In this document: piece by piece, positions 9,851-19,240 of the stretch
How the letters are laid out: the number at the start of each line of letters is the position of its first letter
How positions within the stretch are numbered: position 1 is the stretch's first letter
Source: Candidatus Latescibacterota bacterium
GTDB taxonomy: Bacteria > Latescibacterota > UBA2968 > UBA8231
Assembly: GCA_965248265.1 (NCBI GenBank)
Contig: CBDFJF010000002.1
Span: forward strand, 512,001-576,000
Direction: 5' to 3'
DNA: 64,000 bases
Position numbers and translations under genes: made by a program
The notes under the pieces: generated by a model
Database searches by the model: none
Told to the model about the DNA's origin: nothing
Seen by the model: only the letters and a program-made list of their open reading frames with translations

Positions 9851-11857
9851 TCATTCCCCGTTTACCTTCCAACCCGGGTTCGAGATATCGAACTTGCGCG
9901 TTGGCGCATAGATCTTCTCGCCGGCAGGATAAGGGGTATCCTGCGTCACGATGTAGATGGCTCCCTCGTTCACGTAGACGATCTCATCCCGGGCGTCGCC
10001 GACCACGTCCTCGACGGTCCCCCCTGCCCATTCGAATGGCAACCCGTCGCATACCGGGCGCACGACCTTTCTGCCTTGCGCGTCGTAGAACCCGAAGGCC
10101 TGCATGGAAGTGGACAGGAACATCAGCTCCTCGCCATCCCCGGACCAGTTCACCGCCGGGCCTCCCTGGCTGATCGTGTCCGGCTCGCACCGCCACAGCG
10201 GATCTCCGTGACCGCTCACCAGATTCATGATCCCGTAGTTTTCCCAGCGATCGCCCATCCACATCTCCAATCCCGGCAGATCCGGCCGGAAATTCCCCGC
10301 ATAGATCCCCTGCACGTGGCCGAAGCGGTGATGCCTCAGCAGCGCCCCCGTGCGCGCATCCACGAGGAAAAACCCTGGATCGCTGCCAGCAATGCCGATC
10401 TCAGGACCGTTGCTTTCATCGCCGTCCAGCTCCCCGAACGCAGCGTGATCGACGTGACCGGCCCCACCGGAATCCTCAATGTACTCCGCCCCCTCCATCA
10501 ACCACAGAAGGTTTCCGTCCCCGTCGTAGAGCTGATACCCGGGCAGAATCTCATCGCGGCCATCCCCATCCACGTCGCAGAACCAGATGTACATACCGTA
10601 CCACGAGTCGTGCGCATCCTGACGCCAGCGCAGGTTCAACGTCTCATCGTAAGCCCATATAGAGTACCCCGTCCCCGCCTGGTCGCCGTCTCGTAGAATT
10701 AAGTCCTGGGCCTTCTCCGTCCTGCGAATTCGGCACGGCCAAAGGGCCCCCAGCTTGTGCAGATGCGGCTTGACGCTCTCTCCCCGGAAGCCGCGATACG
10801 GCCCAGCCTTTGGCAGTTCCGTCTCGGCTGTCACTTCTCCCGTCCGCCCACTCACCATGCGCAGCAGCTCTCCTTCGACCCCGATGAAGTCCTCCACACC
10901 GTCGGCGTCGAGATCGTGCACTACCATGTGCTCCAAACGCGAGGCCGCTGCGTACACCTGCTCCCACTGCTTTTCTCCCTCGAGGTCCAGGCAGACAATC
11001 TGAAGGCCCGCATCCGTCTTCTGCTGCAGCACGATCTCCTTCTTTCCCGCCCCGCGGAAATCTCCGAAACGCACCTCGCACGGCCAGTATTTGCCGATGT
11101 CGATCCGCTTCCACAGCACCGGTTTCGGGTATTTCTCCGATGCTTGTGCCACCTCCCGGTCATACGCGCTCTGACGGCTCACGTGTGCCGCCCGTGCAGG
11201 CTCAGAGGCTTTGACCCGTACCCCGTGCATGCGGCTGCGGGTGTTCGTGCGGATGCCGACCTTGCCCACTGCAAACTTCTCGTCATAGGCCACGAATACC
11301 TGCTGATCGTCTACATAGCACTCGAACCGACGCCCTTCGCACACGACTCGCAGGTGGTAGTACCGGCTGCGATCCACCCCATTGGGACAATCCGCCAGCA
11401 TCAGCCACGACTCATCTTCGCGGCGATACAGCACGAAGCGCTCATGTCCCTCCATGCCGAAGAGGTAATAGCGCCGCAGATCCTGGTAGCGCACCATCAA
11501 TCCTGTGAGGCCCACTATGGCGTGTGGTTCGTCCATGCTCGGCCTTGTAAACGCGTTCAATTGCCGAACGAACGCCTCCACGGTGTAATCCGCCCACAAG
11601 GGCTCCCCCGTCGTCAGGCAGCGGCCAGTCTTGTTGTGATGCTCCAGCACTTGCACTTCCCCGTCGCGAACCACCCGGTAGGAGCTCGGTTGTCGCGCTT
11701 GCTTGGGGCCCCATTCGAGAGGATTCTCCCAGTCTTTGAAAACCTTCTCCTCCAGGCGTTTATCCGGGTCATTGTAGTCCAGAATTTTGCCTGCCGGGCA
11801 TTCTGACAGATCGATCTGTGCCAGCACAATCTCCCTTGAATCGCTGTCTTCGACCAT
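9851..11857 (-). CDS. DUF1080-like beta-sandwich + FG-GAP/VCBS-like repeat protein (rhamnogalacturonan lyase-like propeller)
   Basis: WADYTVEA...G-MVRY...YHLRVVCEG N-terminal domain; DLDADGVED, DVDGDGRDEI, DVVGDARDEI Ca-binding repeats; RBS GAGGTG before ATG 11857. Confidence 0.6.
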   Translation of the reverse strand: MVEDSDSREIVLAQIDLSECPAGKILDYNDPDKRLEEKVFKDWENPLEWGPKQARQPSSYRVVRDGEVQVLEHHNKTGRCLTTGEPLWADYTVEAFVRQLNAFTRPSMDEPHAIVGLTGLMVRYQDLRRYYLFGMEGHERFVLYRREDESWLMLADCPNGVDRSRYYHLRVVCEGRRFECYVDDQQVFVAYDEKFAVGKVGIRTNTRSRMHGVRVKASEPARAAHVSRQSAYDREVAQASEKYPKPVLWKRIDIGKYWPCEVRFGDFRGAGKKEIVLQQKTDAGLQIVCLDLEGEKQWEQVYAAASRLEHMVVHDLDADGVEDFIGVEGELLRMVSGRTGEVTAETELPKAGPYRGFRGESVKPHLHKLGALWPCRIRRTEKAQDLILRDGDQAGTGYSIWAYDETLNLRWRQDAHDSWYGMYIWFCDVDGDGRDEILPGYQLYDGDGNLLWLMEGAEYIEDSGGAGHVDHAAFGELDGDESNGPEIGIAGSDPGFFLVDARTGALLRHHRFGHVQGIYAGNFRPDLPGLEMWMGDRWENYGIMNLVSGHGDPLWRCEPDTISQGGPAVNWSGDGEELMFLSTSMQAFGFYDAQGRKVVRPVCDGLPFEWAGGTVEDVVGDARDEIVYVNEGAIYIVTQDTPYPAGEKIYAPTRKFDISNPGWKVNGE

Positions 11858-12043
11858 CTCGCACCTCTTTCTCAGTAGATCCCACGAAACGATTGTTTCG
11901 ATTTTCACAACCAACCCGTTCCTGCTTTCTATCCGCCCACATTTCTCCGACGGTAGACAAAGGCGCTGTGCCGGTGTAATCTCAGACACAGATCGCAAGA
12001 CCGACGTTCGACCGGCTATTTTTTCTGGATTGGAGATTTATCC

Positions 12044-12874
12044 GTGGCCCAAAGCACCACAGAAACCCCTTCCGAACCCTACCAATACAGTACCTGCGCA
12101 GACTATCTGGACACACTGGACGACATCACAGATGCCCAGATTCAACGCTTCCACGAACAAGGCTATCTCGCAGTAAGACAGGCTGTCGATATCGATGCAA
12201 TAGCAGACGCGGCCCAGGCCATGTGGGACCTCATTGACGGCGCACGGCCGGATTTCAAAGGCGTCATGGTCGAAGACAACAAGCTGGAATCATACGCGAC
12301 CCTGCCCCAGGGAGAACGTCGGGACGCTGTGCGCAAGATACATCGTTTTGTCGAATATGATGACCGCCTGAAGGCCCTGTCCGCACACCCCGGCATCCTT
12401 TCCGTGTTGCAACGCCTGCTGGGAGAAGCTCCCGTCCTCTTCCAGGATATGGGCTTGATGAAACCCCCCCACGGTCGTCAAAAACCCTGGCATCAAGACT
12501 GCGCCTATTTCAACGTGCCGATCGACAGCACCATCGTCGGCGTCTGGATCGCCCTGGACGAAGCCACTCCCGAAAATGGGTGCCTCCACATCGTTCCCGG
12601 CTCCCACAAGGGAGGCCCACAGCTTCACTTCCAACTTCTCGACTGGCAAATATGCGACACCGAAGTTCCGGTTCGACGTTCCGCAATGGTCCCCTTGAAG
12701 CCCGGGGGTTGCCTGTTGTGGCACGGGTTGCTCCAGCATGGAAGTCCCACGAACCTATCCAACCAGCGTCGCCGAGCCCTCCAGTTTCACTACGAGCCCC
12801 AAAGCATCCAAAAAATCACAGACGAAGAACGCCTCGCCATCTATGGAGGGGAAGGCCGGGGTGTGGAGTGTTGA
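12044..12874 (+). CDS. Phytanoyl-CoA dioxygenase (PhyH) family Fe/2OG dioxygenase
   Basis: PWHQD, VWIALDEATPENGCL, PGSH, H-GSPTN...RRA. Confidence 0.92.
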   Translation: MAQSTTETPSEPYQYSTCADYLDTLDDITDAQIQRFHEQGYLAVRQAVDIDAIADAAQAMWDLIDGARPDFKGVMVEDNKLESYATLPQGERRDAVRKIHRFVEYDDRLKALSAHPGILSVLQRLLGEAPVLFQDMGLMKPPHGRQKPWHQDCAYFNVPIDSTIVGVWIALDEATPENGCLHIVPGSHKGGPQLHFQLLDWQICDTEVPVRRSAMVPLKPGGCLLWHGLLQHGSPTNLSNQRRRALQFHYEPQSIQKITDEERLAIYGGEGRGVEC

Positions 12875-12992
12875 AGTAGCCGGCGATCACCGCTTCATCA
12901 GCTCGAAACGCCGCTCCAGGTCTGCGCCTCTCCAATGGCTACTGGCTAAGGGCACAGGCAGCTTTCCATGCCGAGGCGGCTGGAGTGTTACC

Positions 12993-13219
12993 CGAAGGGC
13001 TGCCGTGCGTTTCACCCATCGTTCGCCCCTGCGGAACCCACGACCTGTTCGGAAAAGTGCATGTAGGTAAAGCAGTCCGGGATATGTGAATCGTAGACGC
13101 CGTGGCTGTTCCATGCCCAACCGGGACAGGTCTTGCGCCCACCATCGTCGATCCACTGAAAGCGAGACACATCCATGCGCCAGGTGTCTCCCTCCTTCGC
13201 GGGCAGGGAGCGACCGTCG
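12993..13219. repeat. Diverged direct repeat, copy 2 (3' end of gene A plus the first codons of a gene B stub, MGETHGSPS)
   Basis: Aligns to 8683-8912, including the overlapping stop/start junction. Confidence 0.9.
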
Positions 13220-13830
13220 GCCAGGTGCACGAGGGCCTGCCATGGAATGGCGATCTCGGCCGTCCACCCGATGTCGACATCGTCGTGCTTGTTGATGGTA
13301 CCGTCGACGTGGACGGCCGACTTGAGTCCGGGCAAGTCCCATTGGCGAAATGCCCAGCGGCGCCCCCTGGGATGGGCGTGCCAGTTCCAGTCGCCCCCCA
13401 AGGTGTCCACCAGGTCCGTTCCCAGCAGGTCGAATTCTGGGATCCGCGAGTAACCGGCTTCGATGTAGGCGTCCTGCCATATGTAGAATCGCTCCATGAC
13501 GGTACCAAAGGCGTTCATCTCGAATTCGTAATAGGCATCCTCGCCGGCGACGAAGATCTCGACATCGTTGTCCTCCCAGATGTTGGAGTCTCGCTTGGTG
13601 AGGGTCGCGCACACGTCGGGTTCTTCTAGCCAGAAACCGACGTAGATGTATTGGTCGTCCCACAGTACTGCCGCCCTGGTATCCAACAGGGCCGGACGTC
13701 CTGGGGTTTCCAGGTCCTCGAAGCGATCAGATTTGGGCACCATCTGCCAGGAGGGCTCGTCGAGGTGACCGTCTACCGTGATCGACGCCGCTGCGCGATA
13801 GCAGGTGTAATGTTTCGGATTTGTGGTCAT
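13012..13830 (-). CDS. Carbohydrate-binding family 9-like protein (gene A)
   Basis: ITVDGHLDEPSW, VLWDDQYIYVGF, DNDVEIF, YYEFEMNA, GWTAEIAIPW. Confidence 0.85.
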   Translation of the reverse strand: MTTNPKHYTCYRAAASITVDGHLDEPSWQMVPKSDRFEDLETPGRPALLDTRAAVLWDDQYIYVGFWLEEPDVCATLTKRDSNIWEDNDVEIFVAGEDAYYEFEMNAFGTVMERFYIWQDAYIEAGYSRIPEFDLLGTDLVDTLGGDWNWHAHPRGRRWAFRQWDLPGLKSAVHVDGTINKHDDVDIGWTAEIAIPWQALVHLADGRSLPAKEGDTWRMDVSRFQWIDDGGRKTCPGWAWNSHGVYDSHIPDCFTYMHFSEQVVGSAGANDG

Positions 13831-13849
13831 CGTAGAATCACCAGCCCTA

Positions 13850-14028
13850 GGAGCCCGTTGAAAAACCCTATTTTGGCCTGAAGCCGGTCCTTTCGTCCGA
13901 TCTCTGCGTTGTGCTCACTCGCCGCATCTCACTGATGCGGACGAACCTTCGGTTCGCAACGATCGCACGCCTTGTATCGACCAAAATTGCTCGGCCTCAG
14001 CTCCAAAGCGGGTTTATCAACGGGCTCC
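13850..14028. mobile_element. Non-autonomous MITE-like element, 179 bp
   Basis: 19-bp terminal inverted repeats GGAGCCCGTTGAAAAACCC / GGGTTTATCAACGGGCTCC (1 mismatch), imperfect IR extends inward, 3-bp CTA duplication at 13847-13849 and 14029-14031, no ORF. Confidence 0.75.
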
Positions 14029-14817
14029 CTAGCCGCGGGCTTTGTGTACCATATCGACGAGCGCCGCGCGTGTCTGTTCGCTGTCGACGACCTCATGCTC
14101 AAACGCAACCCGTACGCTCTTCACGCCTGCCTGGGTGGTCAAGCGTAGCTGGAATCCGAGCCGGTCGATGGCGGTCATCCTGGCTTCACTTACCTCCAGG
14201 CCAGTATCAGCCTGACCCAGCAGCTGGCAGGCATCGGCATGATCGGTGTTCATGTGCTCGAGGATAGACGACGCCTGGTCGGCCAGGGGATCGACCTGTG
14301 AGCGGTAGTAATCACTCGCCGTAACCCAGCCCATGGAGCCAAAGCCACCGACGAAATAGAGGTCTTCGATCGCCATACGATAGAAAGAGAAATCGTCGAA
14401 ATCGACCCAGTAAGTGGCGTTTTCATGGCGTCCCAGATAGCACGTACGGACCGCTTCCAACTCGGCACTCGGCACTTTCAGTGACTGGCCCATTAGAGTC
14501 ACCCGGCCCGCACCCAGGGGATCCCCCTCGGCGTCCGCCTCGGTAACCAGCAGGCTGCTGCGCGGCTCGCCGCTGAGATTCTGGGTGTGCATCGCCATGG
14601 TGCTGATCAAAAAGCACGGGCTGCCTTGCTCATCCAGGGCGTAGGGCATCATCGAACCGAAGGGCCACCCGGGATGTTTGCGCGAGATTGTCGACAGGCT
14701 GCCGAGGCTATTCAGGTGAAGGAGAGTGCGCGCCTGCTCGGCATAGGTAGGTTCGGGTGGCTCGTCCTCCACTTCCGCTCTGCGACCGCCATGCTGGTGG
14801 GGTGGCTCTTTGGCCAT
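14029..14817 (-). CDS. HugZ-like pyridoxamine 5'-phosphate oxidase-related protein with DUF2470 domain
   Basis: PFGS, LISTMAMHTQNL, RVTLMG, YFVGGFG, ILEHMNTDH. Confidence 0.85.
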   Translation of the reverse strand: MAKEPPHQHGGRRAEVEDEPPEPTYAEQARTLLHLNSLGSLSTISRKHPGWPFGSMMPYALDEQGSPCFLISTMAMHTQNLSGEPRSSLLVTEADAEGDPLGAGRVTLMGQSLKVPSAELEAVRTCYLGRHENATYWVDFDDFSFYRMAIEDLYFVGGFGSMGWVTASDYYRSQVDPLADQASSILEHMNTDHADACQLLGQADTGLEVSEARMTAIDRLGFQLRLTTQAGVKSVRVAFEHEVVDSEQTRAALVDMVHKARG

Positions 14818-15003
14818 GACGTCTCTCTATTTTCTCAGCAGCGATGGTTTTTTTTGTTCAACTAGGTACCTGGGCCAATAAAGTCGGCCTCTTTGAAGGT
14901 CTGCACCACGGCCACGAGGGTCCGTCCGGTCCTGCGCATCGGCGCCGGGCGTCTTATCTTCCCTATTTATGATGAACGTCTTCCCTATCTTCGCGAGACA
15001 GCC

Positions 15004-16011
15004 ATGACGGCAGCGCCCAGCACAAGAACGATCGGATGGTACCGCACGCCGATCGGCCGCGATGCGCTGCGGGAGTTGAACCAGCGCAGCGACTGGAAAG
15101 GACTGCTCCAGGTCGGAGGCCATGCGATGTTGATCGTGCTGACGGGAATGCTGGCCTGGCATGTCCAGGACCGTTTGTACCTACTGCTACCGACGCTGTT
15201 CGTCTACGGCATATTCTATGTCTTCATCCTCAACGGCACGCACGAACTGTCCCACAACTCCGTCTTCAAGACCAAGGCACTGAACCTGTTCTTCCTGCGC
15301 CTGTTTTCCTTCTTCGGTTTGCGCAACCATGTCCTTTTCTGGGAGAGCCACTCGGCGCATCACAAGTACACGTTGCATCAACCGGATGACCTCGAGGTTG
15401 TGCTGCCCAAAAAACTGACCCTGAAAGAGTTTCTGCGCATCACCTTCTTCGACCCCTGGACCTTGTACGAGTCGATACGAAAGCACCTTGCGCACAGTGT
15501 GGGGAAGGTGGAGGGGGAGTGGGAGAACCGTCTGTTTCCGCCTGAAGAGGTAGAGAAGAGGCGCCAGTTGCGAAACACCGCGCGCTTTCTGCTGATCGGC
15601 CATACCGTGCTCGTGGCCGCCTCGTTCTACTTTGGTCTCTGGCTGCTGCCCGTGCTCACCATACTGGGCGTGTTCTACGGCGGCGGTTTGCGCTTCCTCT
15701 GCAACCAGACCCAGCATGCCGGACTACAGGACGAGGTAACGGATTTCCGCCTGTGTACCCGCACGGTCATCCTCAGCCCTTTGCCGCGCTTTCTCTACTA
15801 CCACATGAACTATCACATTGAGCATCACATGTACGCCGCGGTGCCGTGTTACAACCTGGGAAAGCTGCACAGGCTGATTAAACACGATTTGCCTCACTGC
15901 CCGCGCGGGCTCTTCGAGGCCTACAGAGAAATCATCGCCACGGTGTTGAAGCAACGCGTGGAGCCCGACTACCAGTTCATTCCCGAGCTACCTTCCCAGG
16001 TAGCCGTTTAG
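15004..16011 (+). CDS. Fatty acid desaturase family protein
   Basis: His boxes HELSH, HSAHH, QH, YHIEHH; hydrophobic segments. Confidence 0.9.
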   Translation: MTAAPSTRTIGWYRTPIGRDALRELNQRSDWKGLLQVGGHAMLIVLTGMLAWHVQDRLYLLLPTLFVYGIFYVFILNGTHELSHNSVFKTKALNLFFLRLFSFFGLRNHVLFWESHSAHHKYTLHQPDDLEVVLPKKLTLKEFLRITFFDPWTLYESIRKHLAHSVGKVEGEWENRLFPPEEVEKRRQLRNTARFLLIGHTVLVAASFYFGLWLLPVLTILGVFYGGGLRFLCNQTQHAGLQDEVTDFRLCTRTVILSPLPRFLYYHMNYHIEHHMYAAVPCYNLGKLHRLIKHDLPHCPRGLFEAYREIIATVLKQRVEPDYQFIPELPSQVAV

Positions 16012-16082
16012 CGACACAGTTGCGGATTGAATGCGGACCTTGACCGGGGCACCCTGACGCAGACCACGATGACAGAGACGCC

Positions 16083-17189
16083 ATGGCGATAAAGAGAGCA
16101 CATTGGCACGCCGGGCGGATAGTTACACTGGAACATGAATCCCATCTGCTGCGGGACAATCCTCTTGGCGATCCACACGTGCGAAAGTTGAGTGCGTGGC
16201 TGCCTCCCCAGTACGACCAGGGTACATCCAACAACCGTGGGAAGCGATTCCCGGTGTTGTACAGTCTGGCCGCCTACACGGGGTCGGGCGCTGCCCAGAC
16301 GAACTGGCGCAACTTCGACGAGAGCCAGCCGGAACGGGCAGCCAGGCTGGTACACGAAAAGCGCATGCTGCCCGGTATCCTGGTGTTCCCCGATTGCTTC
16401 ACCGCGCTGGGGGGCAACCAGTACGTGAATTCCACTGCCATGGGCCGCTACGCCGATTACCTGACGCGCGAGCTGATCCCATTCGTGGATACCGAGTTTC
16501 GCACCCTGGCCGACCGGGATCACCGCGGTCTCTTCGGCAAGTCCTCGGGCGGGTACGGGGCAATCATTCACGGCATGAAGTATTCCCGCTACTGGGGTGC
16601 GGTAGCCAGCCATTCAGGGGACAGCTATTTCGATTTCACCTTCCGGCTTGATTGGCCAGGCACCCTGGACGAACTGGCCAGGCATCGTCGCCGGCAGCGC
16701 CTGCCCGGTGCGACCGATGTGTCTGCGCAGGAGCCGGATGTCGCCGAAGGTCTGGACGACGGCCGCGTGCGGCGGTTTCTACAGCACATGTGGAAGGAAG
16801 AGAATCCATCCGGGGACGAGGTCCACTGCCTGATGAACCTGGCGATGGCCGCCACCTACGATGCGGACGAAGAGGCGCCCAACGGTTTCCGTTTACCCTT
16901 CAACCTGGAGACTGGGGAGCTCATCGAGGCACGCTGGCGCCAGTGGCTGAAGCAGGATCCGATCAACCTGGTGGGCCGTTATCAGAAAGGTCTCAAGAGT
17001 TTACGGGGAATCTACATGGACTGCGGTTGGCGGGATCAGTACCACATCCACTATGGTTGTCGGATCTTGTCCAAGCGGATGGCGGCGACGGGTATCAAGC
17101 ACCGCTACGAAGAATTCGACGGCACCCACTCCGGCTGCCAGCACCGGATGGATGTCAGTTGGCCGTTTCTGTTGCAGGCGCTGCGCTAG
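16083..17189 (+). CDS. Enterochelin esterase-like alpha/beta hydrolase
   Basis: NPLGDP, WLPPQY, GKSSGGYGA nucleophile elbow, DCG, EFDGTH. Confidence 0.88.
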   Translation: MAIKRAHWHAGRIVTLEHESHLLRDNPLGDPHVRKLSAWLPPQYDQGTSNNRGKRFPVLYSLAAYTGSGAAQTNWRNFDESQPERAARLVHEKRMLPGILVFPDCFTALGGNQYVNSTAMGRYADYLTRELIPFVDTEFRTLADRDHRGLFGKSSGGYGAIIHGMKYSRYWGAVASHSGDSYFDFTFRLDWPGTLDELARHRRRQRLPGATDVSAQEPDVAEGLDDGRVRRFLQHMWKEENPSGDEVHCLMNLAMAATYDADEEAPNGFRLPFNLETGELIEARWRQWLKQDPINLVGRYQKGLKSLRGIYMDCGWRDQYHIHYGCRILSKRMAATGIKHRYEEFDGTHSGCQHRMDVSWPFLLQALR

Positions 17190-17368
17190 ACGCCCTCGCC
17201 GATCGCGGGCTCCGACTTGGTGCCCCATATGCCTTCGAACACGTCCAACCACCCTTCCGACTCTGACCCGAGGTCAATCTTGGGTGCAGGCTTCTCGAGG
17301 ATCTGGGCGGGAAGAACCGCTCCGGAAGTTTCCTGATCAAACTGCGTCGTCATTTTAGTCCGTCTCAT
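17186..17368 (-). CDS. Small acidic hypothetical protein (55-60 aa)
   Basis: Strong RBS TAGGAGGG before ATG; stop overlaps the convergent esterase stop. Confidence 0.5.
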   Translation of the reverse strand: MRRTKMTTQFDQETSGAVLPAQILEKPAPKIDLGSESEGWLDVFEGIWGTKSEPAIGEGV

Positions 17369-17499
17369 GTGACCCTCCTAAGGCAGGCCCGTGCTGAACA
17401 ACTGCCAGGACACTGAATGCTACCCGATTGGTGGGGATGTTCAGGCGAACCTCCCCGGCTCTACTGTAGATATCGGCCGCTTCAGGCAAAACTATACTA

Positions 17500-17513
17500 T
17501 TCTTTGCAAAGAA
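17500..17513. promoter_or_regulatory. Perfect 14-bp palindrome TTCTTTGCAAAGAA in an AT-rich divergent promoter region
   Basis: Self-complementary; lies between divergent starts at 17368 and 17662. Confidence 0.4.
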
Positions 17514-17661
17514 ATATTATTTATGGGTATTTAGTATCAAATTATGCCGTCAAATCACCGGATCGCCGGCGATAGTTCCTGGGGGCCAGCCGCGGGAAAA
17601 TCCCCCTGCGGTGTTACGGCAGGCTATATTGGACCGGATCGGCCAACCACTGGGAGCAATA

Positions 17662-18249
17662 ATGATGACTGGTCTAAGAGCAATCATCGCCTGCGCAGGT
17701 CTTGCGGTTGCCTTACACAGTTGCGGGGATGACGAACCCCTCAAGGTGACGAACCCTCTAAGCCCGCAGGAAAATGCACTCCTGGGCACCTGGGTTACTG
17801 AAGACGGCAATGAGAATACGATGTACGCAAACGGCAATCTGTCTAGGAAATTCGGACCATTCACATTTACCGGGACCTGGCGCCTGGAGGGCGACACACT
17901 GATCTGGGAGTTACCCGCAGGGACCTATGTCGCTTCGATCGACGGGACGACGCTGTCTTTCAGCACCAAGACTCCTGGAGCGTCTGATCTCGGCAACCAC
18001 ACTTTCACGACTGACTCGCGTGAACCTTCCTTGATCGGGACGACTTGGACCGATGAAGACGGGCGTGACCTCGTGTTCGATCCGGGCGGCAACTACTCCT
18101 GGGGAGCCGGTTTCGAAGAGGGATTCTGGGCACTCGAGGGTGAGGATCTGACTGTCAAGTTCGGCTTGTCTGGTCGCCATGAAGTTACAGGGGACACCTT
18201 GACGATCGTCGATGACGGCGAAACCATGGTGATGACGCGAAAGCGGTGA
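17662..18249 (+). CDS. Lipoprotein with tandem lipocalin-like (LLGTW) domains
   Basis: Signal peptide with LHSC lipobox; LLGTWVTEDG...TGTWRLEGDTL and LIGTTWTDEDG...GFWALEGEDL repeats. Confidence 0.7.
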   Translation: MMTGLRAIIACAGLAVALHSCGDDEPLKVTNPLSPQENALLGTWVTEDGNENTMYANGNLSRKFGPFTFTGTWRLEGDTLIWELPAGTYVASIDGTTLSFSTKTPGASDLGNHTFTTDSREPSLIGTTWTDEDGRDLVFDPGGNYSWGAGFEEGFWALEGEDLTVKFGLSGRHEVTGDTLTIVDDGETMVMTRKR

Positions 18250-18310
18250 AAATCACGACATCGTCGTGCATATGCAGTCGGTTTTGGTGGCGTAGTAGAA
18301 GACCCCGGCT

Positions 18311-18336
18311 GTTCTCGGGCGTCGCCAGGCTCAGTC
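18311..18336. repeat. 26-bp direct repeat, left copy (att-like; partner at 30792-30817)
   Basis: GTTCTCGGGCGTCGCCAGGCTCAGTC vs GTCCTCAGGCGTCGCCAGGCTCAGTC: 24/26 identical, last 19 bp exact. Confidence 0.6.
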
Positions 18337-18346
18337 CGCCGCGAGC

Positions 18347-19240
18347 CTAAACCCTGGCGACTGCAACGATTTCCCACGGGTCAAAAGCGAGCCTCCCAAG
18401 CCAATTAGGCCAGCGGTAGAAATGTCGATCCGCGTCCGCAGCTGGTTCCCGATCCAAAAGACGCTCATAGTAGTACGACGCGGCCTTTGATCCAACCCAT
18501 TGCATCCAACCTTGGGGTGTTTTGCGGTAACGGTTCATCGACCAACCATCGTAATGGAATCTTACAAGTTTTAGCTCTGCATCTGATAGGTATTTTTCCA
18601 AAGAGTCTTCGTCGAAACTGCGAAGATGCACAAACTTGTAAGGACAACCAGCCTCTTTTGTGTACGGAGATAGATCTTCTTTATAGGGAACCCGAATTAC
18701 CACCTTCGCATTTGGCTTCGCTGCTCGAACAATGCCTCGAAGAACCTCTTCCGGATTCAATACGTGCTCCAACACATCGCTCAATACCACCAAATCAAAG
18801 CAGTTGACAAACGGCAGGTTTTGGGCATTTGCTTGAACTAGCGAATGACCTTCTTCTACCAACGCAGAAAGATAAGGCAGGGCAATATCTACTCCGACTT
18901 TGTGGTGATGAGGGATCCGAGTAAAAAAGTTTCCTTCTCCGACTCCCAGATCTAGAACCGCACCTCTTATTGATTTGCCACAGTACTTAAGCATTTTATC
19001 ACACTGGGCTTTTTTGTAGCAATTCCCAATGATGCTTTCGGTCAGGTCGTCTTGTGCGATAGTTTGATAATTATCAGAATATTCCTGAAAAAGCGGTGAC
19101 TGCTGATCCTCTCTCGAAAGAAAAGAGAAAATTCCTTGGGTAGGCTGGTAATGTCGATTGCAGTCCGGACAACGACTAGCTCGAAGCATTGCACCACAGT
19201 CGACACAACAAAGCTGTATGCTTTGGAGAAAATCGGTCAT
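18347..19240 (-). CDS. Class I SAM-dependent methyltransferase with N-terminal Zn-ribbon
   Basis: CVDC...CPDC; VLDLGVGEG; FDLVVLSDVLEHV. Confidence 0.88.
   Translation of the reverse strand: MTDFLQSIQLCCVDCGAMLRASRCPDCNRHYQPTQGIFSFLSREDQQSPLFQEYSDNYQTIAQDDLTESIIGNCYKKAQCDKMLKYCGKSIRGAVLDLGVGEGNFFTRIPHHHKVGVDIALPYLSALVEEGHSLVQANAQNLPFVNCFDLVVLSDVLEHVLNPEEVLRGIVRAAKPNAKVVIRVPYKEDLSPYTKEAGCPYKFVHLRSFDEDSLEKYLSDAELKLVRFHYDGWSMNRYRKTPQGWMQWVGSKAASYYYERLLDREPAADADRHFYRWPNWLGRLAFDPWEIVAVARV

Noticed and set aside
8683-13219. Diversity-generating retroelement TR/VR pair (repeat at a gene C-terminus plus a non-coding copy)
   Set aside because: Mismatches involve all four bases and are largely synonymous or conservative, not adenine-specific; no reverse transcriptase in the window
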